A stretch of DNA of 44,232 nucleotides from Promethearchaeota archaeon. GTDB lineage: Archaea > Asgardarchaeota > Lokiarchaeia > Sigyniarchaeales > SOKP01. A program made the position numbers and the translations under genes. Below the pieces are notes generated by a model. The model did no database searches. It was not told where the DNA came from and was given only the letters and a program-made list of their open reading frames with translations. Of this stretch, positions 9,718-19,160 are shown one piece after another (within the stretch, counting starts at the first letter, position 1; the number at the start of each line of letters is the position of its first letter). Where the stretch lies: contig JAEOTP010000029.1 of the NCBI GenBank assembly GCA_016839765.1, positions 1-44,232 of the forward strand, read 5' to 3'.

Positions 9718-10152
9718 TTAAGCGTATCTTTTCCTAGTGAAAAGTAACCATATAAATCCAATTAACCCAACAAGAAAAGCAATTATAGTAATATAATTCG
9801 GCCAAAATTCCACATCGAAGGACGCAGGATTTTGAATCCAACTAATTATTGGAGATATGCCAGTGATAACCATAATGCTTAAAACTACTAATGCTTGCCC
9901 CATAGCCCATTCCGCTTCCCTAAACATACCGATTCCGGCTACGATACACCAAAAACCTAAAGCTATAGATATTAAGCCTAGACTACCAAATATAGAAAGG
10001 GCTGAACCATCGGTAATAATCGCTTCAAAAACTGGGGGAACATATATTCCTGCCCAAGCTAATAATTCAAGAATTGATTTGAATATAAAAATCAATCCAA
10101 TGACAATCATTAAAGTATTTAAAATTCCACTCGATTCTTTTACTTTACTCAT
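9718..10152 (-). CDS. Hypothetical four-TM membrane protein (paralog of 27804..28229)
   Basis: Four hydrophobic helices; about 50% identical by hand alignment to 27804..28229. Confidence 0.9.
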   Translation of the reverse strand: MSKVKESSGILNTLMIVIGLIFIFKSILELLAWAGIYVPPVFEAIITDGSALSIFGSLGLISIALGFWCIVAGIGMFREAEWAMGQALVVLSIMVITGISPIISWIQNPASFDVEFWPNYITIIAFLVGLIGFIWLLFTRKRYA

Positions 10153-10316
10153 TAGAATTCTTCCACTCTTTTTTTTTTAAAAAATGAGATTATTATACAG
10201 AAAAATCAAAGTTATCATATAAAGTTAATTTAAGCAATTGAAAAATTTACAATCTAGTTATGCATAATTTTATTATAACTACAATTATACCTGTTGAAAA
10301 TATCCAATTAAAAAAA

Positions 10317-11252
10317 ATGAATAAATTGGTTAGTAAAGAAATTCGAAACCAAATTACGAATTTAAAAAAGAATAATAAATCGGGAGCTAATGAATTTATC
10401 AATAAAACTCTAGAGATAATAAATTGTCAATTGGAATTAGTTAAAGATCAGTATAAAGATATTAATCCTCTTATGTTCGAATTATCTAAAGAAGTTATCT
10501 CTTCACGTCCTAGCATGGCACCATTAATTAATACAATTGGTTTTTTAATCCATGGCTTGAAAATAGTAAATAAAAACTCGATTCTTTTAAGAATTAAACA
10601 AATTAAGGAAGAAAGAGAAAAAATATCTTCAATTCTAATGTCAAATTTTCTATCATTTCTTACTAAATTCAAAAAAACAACCCTGAAAATTATGTTAATA
10701 TCCTATAGTTCGACAATTATCGAGCTATTAACTCAATACGATAAGAATGACCTTATTATTTATGTGCTAGAATCTCGACCTCTTTTTGAAGGTCATCGAG
10801 TTTCTGAACTCTTATCAAATAAGTATGAGACTCATTTAATAATTGATGCTGCAATGGGAAAATATATAGATGATATTGATTTTGTTTTTATTGGTGTTGA
10901 CAGTGTATTAGAAGATGGTTCTATTATTAATAAGATCGGCACTTATCCTCTAGCTGTGCTAACAAAATCCACAAATGCGCAAGTCTATGCCATATGTGAT
11001 ACTTTTAAATATAATTTATTAAGCCATTATGGATATGAAGTTAAAATTGAAGAAAAACCTATAAAGGAAGTATATAATAAAAAAATCAAGCAGGATTTGC
11101 TTAAAGTACATAATTATTATTTTGATATAACTCCTCCCGAATATATTGATGGAGTAATTTCGGATTTGGGAATACTAACAATTAAAGAATTTATTGAAGA
11201 AGTTAAGAATAAACTCCCTATAGATTGGTTTGAAAAATTTATTAAATCATAA
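10317..11252 (+). CDS. eIF2B alpha/beta/delta-family (IF-2B) protein
   Basis: RPSMAPL, ISYSSTI, ESRPLFEG, GVDSVLEDGSIINKIGT, FDITPPEYI. ATG 10317 preferred over the track start 10260. Confidence 0.88.
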   Translation: MNKLVSKEIRNQITNLKKNNKSGANEFINKTLEIINCQLELVKDQYKDINPLMFELSKEVISSRPSMAPLINTIGFLIHGLKIVNKNSILLRIKQIKEEREKISSILMSNFLSFLTKFKKTTLKIMLISYSSTIIELLTQYDKNDLIIYVLESRPLFEGHRVSELLSNKYETHLIIDAAMGKYIDDIDFVFIGVDSVLEDGSIINKIGTYPLAVLTKSTNAQVYAICDTFKYNLLSHYGYEVKIEEKPIKEVYNKKIKQDLLKVHNYYFDITPPEYIDGVISDLGILTIKEFIEEVKNKLPIDWFEKFIKS

Positions 11253-11266
11253 AAGGTGGAAATTGT

Positions 11267-12241
11267 TTGGATGAATGGAAAAAGCAGATTAAATTTGATC
11301 CCATACCTCCTCTTATTTTAACAAAAAGTAAGGCATTATCGTATTTTATTCGGTATGATCTTCTAGAAGAGGATGTTGGCTCTCTAAAACAGCTATGGGA
11401 ATTAGATGGAGCCCAAAAAATACTGAAAAAACAACAGATGGACGGCTCGTGGAAATATCCTGGTGGAAAAAAAGATATGCGTTCTCAAGAAAATTATGAT
11501 CAATTAGAAACATATAGACAACTGGGATTTTTAGTAGAAATCTATGGATTCAATAATACACATGCTTCAATAAAAAATGCTGCCGAATTCCTATATTCTT
11601 TTCAAACAGATGAGGGTGATTTTCGAGGTATTTATGGAAATCAATACTCACCTAATTATTCTGCGGGCATTCTTGAACTCTTAATAAAAGCAGGCCATCA
11701 AAATGATATTCGTATTGAAAAGGGTCTCAAATGGCTTTTGTCTGTTCGACAAGATGATGGTGGATGGGCCGTTCCAATAAGAACTAATAATGCGAAATGG
11801 CAAGAAGTAATGAATTCCAAAGAACCTCTTCAACCAAATAGAGTAAAAACTTTCTCTTACATGATTACAGGTGTGGTTTTAAGAGCATTTGCAATACATC
11901 CTAAATATCAAAAAAGTCCTGAAATCAAATTAGCAGGCGAATTATTATTATCTAGATTTTTTGAGGATGATAAGTATCCTGATAGACGTGATAAGAGTTA
12001 TTGGACAAAATTCACCTTTCCTTTTTGGTTTACAGATCTTCTTTCTTCCTTAGACTCCCTTTATTTCATTGGTTTTACAAAAAAACATCCGAAAATAGAA
12101 AAGGCTATGGAATGGTTCAAATCAAAACAGGAAGATGATGGTACATGGAATTTAAAGTTATTAAAAGGCGCAAAAATTGAAGACTATAAACTCTGGATAA
12201 ACTATTTAATTTGTAAGACTTTTAAGAGATATTTTTTTTAA
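11267..12241 (+). CDS. Prenyltransferase/squalene-cyclase-like QW-repeat alpha-barrel protein of unknown function
   Basis: Four QxxDGxW-type repeats (QQMDGSW, QTDEGDF, QDDGGW, QEDDGTW); no DxDD cyclase motif seen; TTG start behind AGGTGG. Confidence 0.75.
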   Translation: MDEWKKQIKFDPIPPLILTKSKALSYFIRYDLLEEDVGSLKQLWELDGAQKILKKQQMDGSWKYPGGKKDMRSQENYDQLETYRQLGFLVEIYGFNNTHASIKNAAEFLYSFQTDEGDFRGIYGNQYSPNYSAGILELLIKAGHQNDIRIEKGLKWLLSVRQDDGGWAVPIRTNNAKWQEVMNSKEPLQPNRVKTFSYMITGVVLRAFAIHPKYQKSPEIKLAGELLLSRFFEDDKYPDRRDKSYWTKFTFPFWFTDLLSSLDSLYFIGFTKKHPKIEKAMEWFKSKQEDDGTWNLKLLKGAKIEDYKLWINYLICKTFKRYFF

Positions 12242-13555
12242 TCATTCTATTTTTTCAGCCATATATGGCTTTAATAAGCGAATAGCTATAATATAGAAAG
12301 GAATTATTAACAATTCGATAAATATTGAGATTAAGAAAGGTGCAAAGGATCCAAAAATAACATAAACGATTCCTCCAATAATAGGTCCTATTATTGCTCC
12401 AAGAATACTTATCCATTGTGAGATGCCAAATATCTTCCCTCGATGACTTTTAGATATACGACTTAATACATTTTGTAATATTAGCATTCCCCCCCACATA
12501 AAAGTGGAATCTAAAATTAAAATCAAACTGAATATCCAACCCATTGTTGAATTTATAATTAACCATGTGACTAAGGCTCCAAAGCTACTAATAACAATAA
12601 TTCCTAACATTGGATTAATTTTATCAGCTAATCTTCCCAATTTTGGTGCTATTAATAATGCTAAAACATGACTTGGAAACTGGATTAGCATAACAAGAGT
12701 AGGATCCACAACATTTAAATCATCAATTAAATAAGATTGCAGGAAAGGTTCAGCTATCATTTGATTCATATTAGTTGCTAAAAATGCAAACATTAAGACT
12801 GTAAATCCCAAAACAAACATGTAGTTTATTTTTGGTTTTAATTTTGTTTCTGAATTAGAATCATTTATTTGAGGTATGCTAAAAGAATCTTCTCTTATTA
12901 TTCCTAAATTAGTAAGATGATCATCAAATGTTAGGCTTTCATCAACATCACGATTAAAAATTATCCCAGCATACAAATTGGAGGCACCAAACAAAATTAG
13001 GGGGCTGTAGACTAAAAAAATATTCTCGGAAAAAAAATAATTTGTTAATCCAAAGATTAAAAAACTAATGATTGATCCAACTAAATTACCGATCCCCATC
13101 ATCCCTCCTCTTTTTCCAAATGCATAGGAGCGATTTCTTTTATGTGATTTTTCAGAAATCAAAGTATCTAAAGGACTCCAAAAAAATCCTACAAAAAATC
13201 CCAAAATAAATAATCCAATGGCGAAGATATAAAGTGAATAAAATATTATAGCAATATACATTACAAAATAACCAACTCCTCTGCCAAAACTTCCAATTAA
13301 TACTAATAATTTTTTTGATACTTTATCAGTTAAATATCCTACAAGAGGAGTGCTTAATAATGCACCAAATAATTGACTTGAATAGGCAAGTCCCAATTCT
13401 ATTTCTGAAAACCCTAGAAATCGCACAGTCACGTAAGGTACTAAAAATGAAAAGAAGAAAAACCCTAAACTATTCCAAAATATGATCTTAATCATGGGAT
13501 TAAAATCAGGCGTTACCTTTTCTTCACTTGTTTCAGATTTATTTTGCTTTGACAT
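12242..13555 (-). CDS. MFS transporter
   Basis: About 12 TM helices, motif A GYLTDKVSKK and a second copy GRLADKIN. Confidence 0.92.
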   Translation of the reverse strand: MSKQNKSETSEEKVTPDFNPMIKIIFWNSLGFFFFSFLVPYVTVRFLGFSEIELGLAYSSQLFGALLSTPLVGYLTDKVSKKLLVLIGSFGRGVGYFVMYIAIIFYSLYIFAIGLFILGFFVGFFWSPLDTLISEKSHKRNRSYAFGKRGGMMGIGNLVGSIISFLIFGLTNYFFSENIFLVYSPLILFGASNLYAGIIFNRDVDESLTFDDHLTNLGIIREDSFSIPQINDSNSETKLKPKINYMFVLGFTVLMFAFLATNMNQMIAEPFLQSYLIDDLNVVDPTLVMLIQFPSHVLALLIAPKLGRLADKINPMLGIIVISSFGALVTWLIINSTMGWIFSLILILDSTFMWGGMLILQNVLSRISKSHRGKIFGISQWISILGAIIGPIIGGIVYVIFGSFAPFLISIFIELLIIPFYIIAIRLLKPYMAEKIE

Positions 13556-13641
13556 CTAAAAAATATAAAATCTGCTTATTAACTGATCAAACTTTAATAT
13601 CTGGAGAAAGGAAATAAATCAAAAAAATTTAATCAATTTTC

Positions 13642-14127
13642 TTAAAACAATTTTCTTAATTTCCAAATAATAACATAATTTATCGAAGAAATGATTGTAA
13701 TAATAATTTGAACTATTGGAATTAGGAATTCCAGGGGTCCATATAAATAAACAAGGGGAATAATGGTGCTAGCAGATATCCAGCAAATTACAGTTGTAAA
13801 GTACGCATCTAAAAACCTTTTCTTACCCTTTTGAATTCTCTCTGATTGATCTATTTTTTCAAGTAAATTAAAGGAAGCCTTCCCTATTTCTGATAAATGA
13901 TATTTACTTTCTTTTTGGATTATAAGAGTGTTTAAACTTTTTAGGTGATATGATAGAGTTGGACTGTCAATTGTCATAATATTATTTTTAATGTCGGTGA
14001 AGGTTGAATCTTTCTTATTTCCAATATATCTAATGATATCTCGACGTATTTCATGGCTCAATGATTTAAATACAGCATCTTCATTTGTATCTGAATTATC
14101 CTTTCCTACTTTTTCTTGAGAATTCAT
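13642..14127 (-). CDS. ArsR-like winged-helix protein with two C-terminal TM helices
   Basis: FKSLSHEIRRDII...SPTLSYHLKSL...YHLSEIGK followed by two hydrophobic segments. Confidence 0.85.
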   Translation of the reverse strand: MNSQEKVGKDNSDTNEDAVFKSLSHEIRRDIIRYIGNKKDSTFTDIKNNIMTIDSPTLSYHLKSLNTLIIQKESKYHLSEIGKASFNLLEKIDQSERIQKGKKRFLDAYFTTVICWISASTIIPLVYLYGPLEFLIPIVQIIITIISSINYVIIWKLRKLF

Positions 14128-14335
14128 AATTAATAATATAGATTGATTGAATTTATTATAATTGGAATTAATTATAGATTTCTGATATTAACACTACTTA
14201 AACAAGTTCCTTTCATTTCAGAATTAAACTTTATGGAATAAATGGATAAAGCTTAATTTTTTAAGAATATTCTTCTTAGTGTTTATTTTATTGCAAAAAA
14301 TAATTAGAAAAAAAATATTAAAGATTCGAAAAAAA

Positions 14336-15337
14336 ATGTTAACTGCTGAACAATTAAAAGAAGTTTTAAAAGAGAATGTTATAAATCTGCGATTTCATGC
14401 GAGAGGCGGACAAGGTGGAGTAACAGCTTCAAACTTATGTGTAGAAGCCTTTTATGGTTATGGTGTTTGTCAACCTATGTTTGGAGCTGAGCGTATGGGT
14501 TCACCTACGGAAAGTTATGTAAGACTGAGTGCTAATGACGATTTAGTTAGAACAAATGAACAAGTATATGCTCCTCATGTTGTAGCGGTATTAGATCCTT
14601 CTCTTTTAGGAGAAATCGATGTAACTGCCGGATTAGCCAAGGGAGGTTGGTTGATTGTTAATACCGTTTTAAATCAAGAAGAAATTCAAGGTGTTGTTGG
14701 CAGAAAAGATATTAATGTTGGTACAATTGATGCGACTAGAATAGCTTTAGATGTATTGGGTAGAAATATAACCAATACCATTATTTTAGGTGGCATTATC
14801 CGTGTTATGCCAATATTTTCGACAGACGCTTTAGCAGATGCTATAATGAGGCGTTTTAAAGGAGAAGTGGCTGCTAAAAATATTGCTGCAATAAAACAAG
14901 CGATTGAAGAAACATGTGTTTACGATATTGGTTTGGATCCCGATTTTACCATTGATACAAAAGTACCTTGGCAACAAGTATTTCTTGGATTACCGGGATA
15001 TAAAGAAGTTGATAAAGCGGGAGTTTGGTACTGTGATGAAGATGTTATTGAAATTGGTAGTGGACAAGTAAATACAGGTTCTTGGGGAGAATATGATATG
15101 ATCTGGGACGAAGAAAAATGTACAGATTGTGCTCAATGTTGGTTTATATGCCCTGATTTTGCGATTATTAGGGAAAAAGGAGAGGATGGACTATGGCACA
15201 TGAAAGGAATTGATCAATTCCATTGTAAGTCTTGCCAGAATTGTCTTGAGGTTTGTCCCGTTGATGCAATAAGTAAAAAATTAAAACAAGGTCCGGCATC
15301 TTGTGCTGTTCCAGAAGATCAAGAAGGAGGTAGTTAA
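14336..15337 (+). CDS. 2-oxoacid:ferredoxin oxidoreductase gamma-delta fusion (PorC-PorD-like)
   Basis: RFHARGGQG, FGAERMGSP and NTIILG (gamma), then NTGSW plus CTDCAQCWFICP and CKSCQNCLEVCP (delta, 2x[4Fe-4S]). ATG 14336 preferred over GTG 14279. Confidence 0.92.
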   Translation: MLTAEQLKEVLKENVINLRFHARGGQGGVTASNLCVEAFYGYGVCQPMFGAERMGSPTESYVRLSANDDLVRTNEQVYAPHVVAVLDPSLLGEIDVTAGLAKGGWLIVNTVLNQEEIQGVVGRKDINVGTIDATRIALDVLGRNITNTIILGGIIRVMPIFSTDALADAIMRRFKGEVAAKNIAAIKQAIEETCVYDIGLDPDFTIDTKVPWQQVFLGLPGYKEVDKAGVWYCDEDVIEIGSGQVNTGSWGEYDMIWDEEKCTDCAQCWFICPDFAIIREKGEDGLWHMKGIDQFHCKSCQNCLEVCPVDAISKKLKQGPASCAVPEDQEGGS

Positions 15338-15339
15338 AA

Positions 15340-16569
15340 ATGTCAATAGAACCAATGAGAATATTTTTTAAAGAGATAAAAGAACCGATAACAACTACGA
15401 TGATTGGAAATTATGCTGTTGCAGGGGGAGTAACCCAGACAGATCCTGATGTAATTTGTGCATTTCCTATAACACCACAAACTCAATCTGTTGAGGGATT
15501 ATCTGATGTTGTCCATCAAGGAAGATTAAAAGCTGCCTTTGTCAATGTAGAATCTGAATTAGCTGCTATCAGTTTTTCAACGGCTGCTTGTGCAGCAGGT
15601 GCAAGATCATTTACTGCAACAGCGAGTCAAGGATATTTACTAATGACTGAAGCATTACCCATGGCAGTAGGATGGCGTCTACCATTAACTATGATGATTA
15701 GCGCAAGAGCCTTTAACAGTCCTAATTTAAGTATTTGGAATTCATGGGAGTTTACTGAAACAAATTCAGAAATGGGGTGGAATTGTATCGTATCTGAAAA
15801 TGTTCAAGAGACTTATGATGCTGCAATCCTCTCAGTAATGATTTCTGAAGACTCCTTATTCCCAACTATGTTTGTTCATGATGGTTTTATTATTTCACAT
15901 TCAGTTCAAAAATTAACTCTTATTCCAGATGAAGCTGTTAGACAAATGACTCCGAAGAAACCACGACATACAATTGACCCTTCAAAACCAGGGACTTGGG
16001 GAGGAATTGTAACCCCCTCTTATTTTATGGAAGGAAGAAAGAATCTAGATGAGGCTAAAAAACCTGTTTTGAATCAGATGAGAGAGGTTTTTTCAAGATT
16101 TAAAAAGTTTACTGGGAGAGAATACGATTTAATTGAAACCTATAATCTAGATAATTCTTCAAAAACAGCCTTTTGCACGATGGGATCAATGTGTGGAAAT
16201 ATTATCAGTTGGATGCTCAAAAATAAGGATATTGGGCTTATCAAAATACGTGCTTTTCGACCATTTCCTCATGAAGAATTACGAAAAATAATTGAAGAGC
16301 ATAATATTGAGAAATTAATAATTCTAGAGAAGTCTGATTCGCTTAATGGTATGCTACCACCATTTTCAATGTCTATTGCAACAGCATTATATCCTCTTGG
16401 AACATTATTTAGAAGTTTTATAGTAGGTTTAGGTGGTAGAGATGTAACTAGAGATGAATTCGATGTAGCTAAAAAGAAAATGGCATTAGTTTCAGATATG
16501 AATGGACGGCTTTATCAATATCTCGGTGTGAGAGAAACTAAAGGAAATATTTATGAGGTGGATTATTAA
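15340..16569 (+). CDS. porA: Pyruvate/2-ketoisovalerate:ferredoxin oxidoreductase alpha subunit
   Basis: GNYAVA, FPITPQT, VESE, TATASQG, DGFIISH, RAFRPFP, GLGGRD; SD GGAGGT. The substrate cannot be determined from sequence. Confidence 0.92.
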   Translation: MSIEPMRIFFKEIKEPITTTMIGNYAVAGGVTQTDPDVICAFPITPQTQSVEGLSDVVHQGRLKAAFVNVESELAAISFSTAACAAGARSFTATASQGYLLMTEALPMAVGWRLPLTMMISARAFNSPNLSIWNSWEFTETNSEMGWNCIVSENVQETYDAAILSVMISEDSLFPTMFVHDGFIISHSVQKLTLIPDEAVRQMTPKKPRHTIDPSKPGTWGGIVTPSYFMEGRKNLDEAKKPVLNQMREVFSRFKKFTGREYDLIETYNLDNSSKTAFCTMGSMCGNIISWMLKNKDIGLIKIRAFRPFPHEELRKIIEEHNIEKLIILEKSDSLNGMLPPFSMSIATALYPLGTLFRSFIVGLGGRDVTRDEFDVAKKKMALVSDMNGRLYQYLGVRETKGNIYEVDY

Positions 16570-17658
16570 ATGTCAAAACCAGAGAGAAACGTAATTAATT
16601 TCGAAGATATATTAGCGAGAGATGGCAAATGTAATGTTTTATTCTTCAATTATGATAATGAAGCTTTTATGAATACTGGAATTCAAGAAAGTGGAGGAAC
16701 GCCCCCATATGCTTCTACCACCACGGGACCTGCAGGAGAAAAAATTCCTGGTAAAATTGGAGTTAAACAAGACTTGGTTACTCCCTTTGCTTTTTATGGA
16801 ACAAAAAAGCTGTTCTTAGCAACGGTTAATCCCGCTTATCCAGCAGATTTCATGGGAAAAGTAGCGGATGCTCTTAAATCAAATGGTTCTGCATTTATTC
16901 AAGCATATTCAGATTGTATGAGAGGTTGGAGACATGGAGCTTCTGCAGCTCTGGAAATATCAAAATTAGCTACAGATTGTGGTTATTGGCCTTTATACAC
17001 CATAAGAGTAGAGGATGGTATTCCTATATTTACCTATTATCGGGGATTGGATATTGATAAAGAGAAGTTTGTCGAATATTTAAAATCTATGGGAAGGTTT
17101 AGACATTTATTTAAACCTAAGTTTATGGAAAAAGAAATTGATGAAATTATCTATTTAACGGAACAACGAAATAAGAAACTTAAAGGACTTATTGAACAAT
17201 TTGGAGCAGAAAAACCAATAGATTTCTATCGAGTGAATCGTAAAAAACTAGAACCTCAAAAGCATCTTCAACCAGGCCATGGACTTTGCCCCGGTTGTGG
17301 TGCTGGTATGGTCCTTAATCAACTCGCCACTGCAGCTCAAGCTGTTTCGGGAAAGAATATTATATATATCAATAATACGAGTTGTTCTGAAGTCTCCACT
17401 TCAAAAGATAACGTAACATCTTGGAACGTGCCTTGGGTTCACCACTTATTCGAATCAGGAGCTACCGTTGCTGATGGGATCATAACAGCTAAAAAAATTA
17501 TGAAAGCAAAGGGTCTATATGATAAAGAAATACCCTGGGTTATCCATATTGGTGGTGATGGGTCAACATACGATATAGGATTCCAATTTCTAAAAGCTGC
17601 CCTTATTAGGACAAGTAGTTTCGTAGAAATGAATGAATACTTAGCAAATCAAAAATAA
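16570..17658 (+). CDS. porB: Pyruvate/2-ketoisovalerate:ferredoxin oxidoreductase beta subunit, circularly permuted
   Basis: All PorB motifs are present, but in the order YDNEAFMNTGIQ (aa 28), DCMRGW (C116), GYWPLY, PGHGLCPGCG (C240/C243), NTSC (C272), GGDGSTYDIGFQ (aa 328). Confidence 0.9.
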   Translation: MSKPERNVINFEDILARDGKCNVLFFNYDNEAFMNTGIQESGGTPPYASTTTGPAGEKIPGKIGVKQDLVTPFAFYGTKKLFLATVNPAYPADFMGKVADALKSNGSAFIQAYSDCMRGWRHGASAALEISKLATDCGYWPLYTIRVEDGIPIFTYYRGLDIDKEKFVEYLKSMGRFRHLFKPKFMEKEIDEIIYLTEQRNKKLKGLIEQFGAEKPIDFYRVNRKKLEPQKHLQPGHGLCPGCGAGMVLNQLATAAQAVSGKNIIYINNTSCSEVSTSKDNVTSWNVPWVHHLFESGATVADGIITAKKIMKAKGLYDKEIPWVIHIGGDGSTYDIGFQFLKAALIRTSSFVEMNEYLANQK

Positions 17659-17662
17659 AATA

Positions 17663-17683
17663 TTTTTTAGTCTTTTTTTTTTT
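17663..17683 (+). terminator. Oligo-T archaeal terminator candidate after the por operon
   Basis: TTTTTTAGTCTTTTTTTTTTT directly after the stop codon. Confidence 0.55.
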
Positions 17684-17722
17684 GAGAATAAATTTATTAT
17701 CTTTCTAATTCTAATTTTTTTC

Positions 17723-18484
17723 ATGACAATTTTAATTGAAAAGAAATATCCAGTTTATACAGTAATTATTGATAATCCTGAAGTGAAAAATGCTGTGGAT
17801 GGTCCGACAGCATTAGAGCTTACTAATGCATTCAGAGAATTTGAACAAGATAATAATGCACTTGTTGCTGTTTTATGGGGTGCGAATGGTGTGTTTTGTT
17901 CAGGCGCAAATCTTAAAGCTATTGCTGAAGAGCGGGGAAATAAAGTAGAAAGAGAGGGAGATGGTCCAATGGGCCCTACTAGAATGATGCTTTCTAAACC
18001 TATTATTGCTGCTGTAGCAGGTTATGCGGTTGCTGGCGGTCTAGAACTTGCATTATGGTGTGATTTACGAGTGGTTGAAGAGAGTGCTATTTTTGGAGTA
18101 TTTTGTCGCAGGTTTGGTGTACCGTTAATAGATGGAGGTACTATAAGGCTACCTAGATTAATAGGATTAAGTCGTGCTTTAGATATGATCCTTACTGGAC
18201 GACCAGTGTCCGCTCAAGAAGCTTTTGTATGGGGTTTAGCAAATAAAATTGTAAACGATGGAACATCACGAGAAGAAGCTGAAAAATTAGCTAGCAAGAT
18301 TGCTAAATTTCCCCAAATTTGTATGCAAAATGATAGGTTATCGACTTATGAACAATTTGGTATGAATTTAAAAGAAGGAATGAAAAATGAATTTGAATAT
18401 GGCTTAAAAACGTTAGAAAGTGGAGAATATCTTAAAGGCAGCGAGGAATTTACTTTTGGAAAGGGAAAACATGGAAAATTCTAA
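17723..18484 (+). CDS. Enoyl-CoA hydratase/crotonase family protein
   Basis: FCSGANL, KPIIAAVAGYAVAGGLE, GVPLIDGG, LTGRPV. Confidence 0.93.
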   Translation: MTILIEKKYPVYTVIIDNPEVKNAVDGPTALELTNAFREFEQDNNALVAVLWGANGVFCSGANLKAIAEERGNKVEREGDGPMGPTRMMLSKPIIAAVAGYAVAGGLELALWCDLRVVEESAIFGVFCRRFGVPLIDGGTIRLPRLIGLSRALDMILTGRPVSAQEAFVWGLANKIVNDGTSREEAEKLASKIAKFPQICMQNDRLSTYEQFGMNLKEGMKNEFEYGLKTLESGEYLKGSEEFTFGKGKHGKF

Positions 18485-18495
18485 CAAAAAAATTA

Positions 18496-19122
18496 TCAAA
18501 CCTTTTTAAACAAATAATAACTGGCCGTTTTCTTGTAACCAATTCCTTTCATCTTTTTTTCTAAATATTCCATAGTAATTTCTCTTTCCTTTTTTGGAAC
18601 AAAAAATTTTTCTAAATTTTTCTGACTAAGATATAATTTCCTATTAGACCGATATATTACACCATATAAAATAAATTCTTTATCTAAATCTGCCATACTT
18701 GCATCACCATGTGAATTGTTGACCAACAATAGCCCCTCTTTTGTTAAATATTTTTTACAATATTTAGATACAAAACCAGCATATAGGGAAATTAATAAAT
18801 CGAAATTTTTATCCAATTCTTCAATTTTTTTTGTATAATCTCTGAAATAGAACTGTAAAATCGGTTCCCCCTCATATTTTTTATTTTTAAGTATTAAGCT
18901 CAATAGATTGCGCTTAGAAAAGAATTTATCTGTTTTCTTAAAATTATCGATGTACACTGTTTTACGGTAAAAAAAAGAGGGGGTAATGTCAATGTAGCTT
19001 CCGGGATATAATGCACTTTCAATATCAAATTTTTTTCCCAAAAGTTCAAATAATTCAGTTCTATCCCCTACTTTTTGCATGTAATTCTTATATAATTCAG
19101 CAGAACTAATGGTATTATGCAT
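18496..19122 (-). CDS. Hypothetical protein, possibly class I SAM-methyltransferase-like fold
   Basis: 208-aa ORF. ALYPGS...VYID...FDLLISLYAG...YLTKEGLLLV follows a Rossmann MTase strand pattern; weak. Confidence 0.65.
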   Translation of the reverse strand: MHNTISSAELYKNYMQKVGDRTELFELLGKKFDIESALYPGSYIDITPSFFYRKTVYIDNFKKTDKFFSKRNLLSLILKNKKYEGEPILQFYFRDYTKKIEELDKNFDLLISLYAGFVSKYCKKYLTKEGLLLVNNSHGDASMADLDKEFILYGVIYRSNRKLYLSQKNLEKFFVPKKEREITMEYLEKKMKGIGYKKTASYYLFKKV

Positions 19123-19160
19123 AATTTAACATTAAAATAGTATCTTTTCCTATAAATCTT

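Noticed and set aside
11267-12241. Squalene-hopene cyclase or a Rab prenyltransferase acting on the GTPase
   Set aside because: It is about half the cyclase length with no DxDD motif, shows no clear prenyltransferase Zn-ligand pattern, and the GTPase has no C-terminal Cys.
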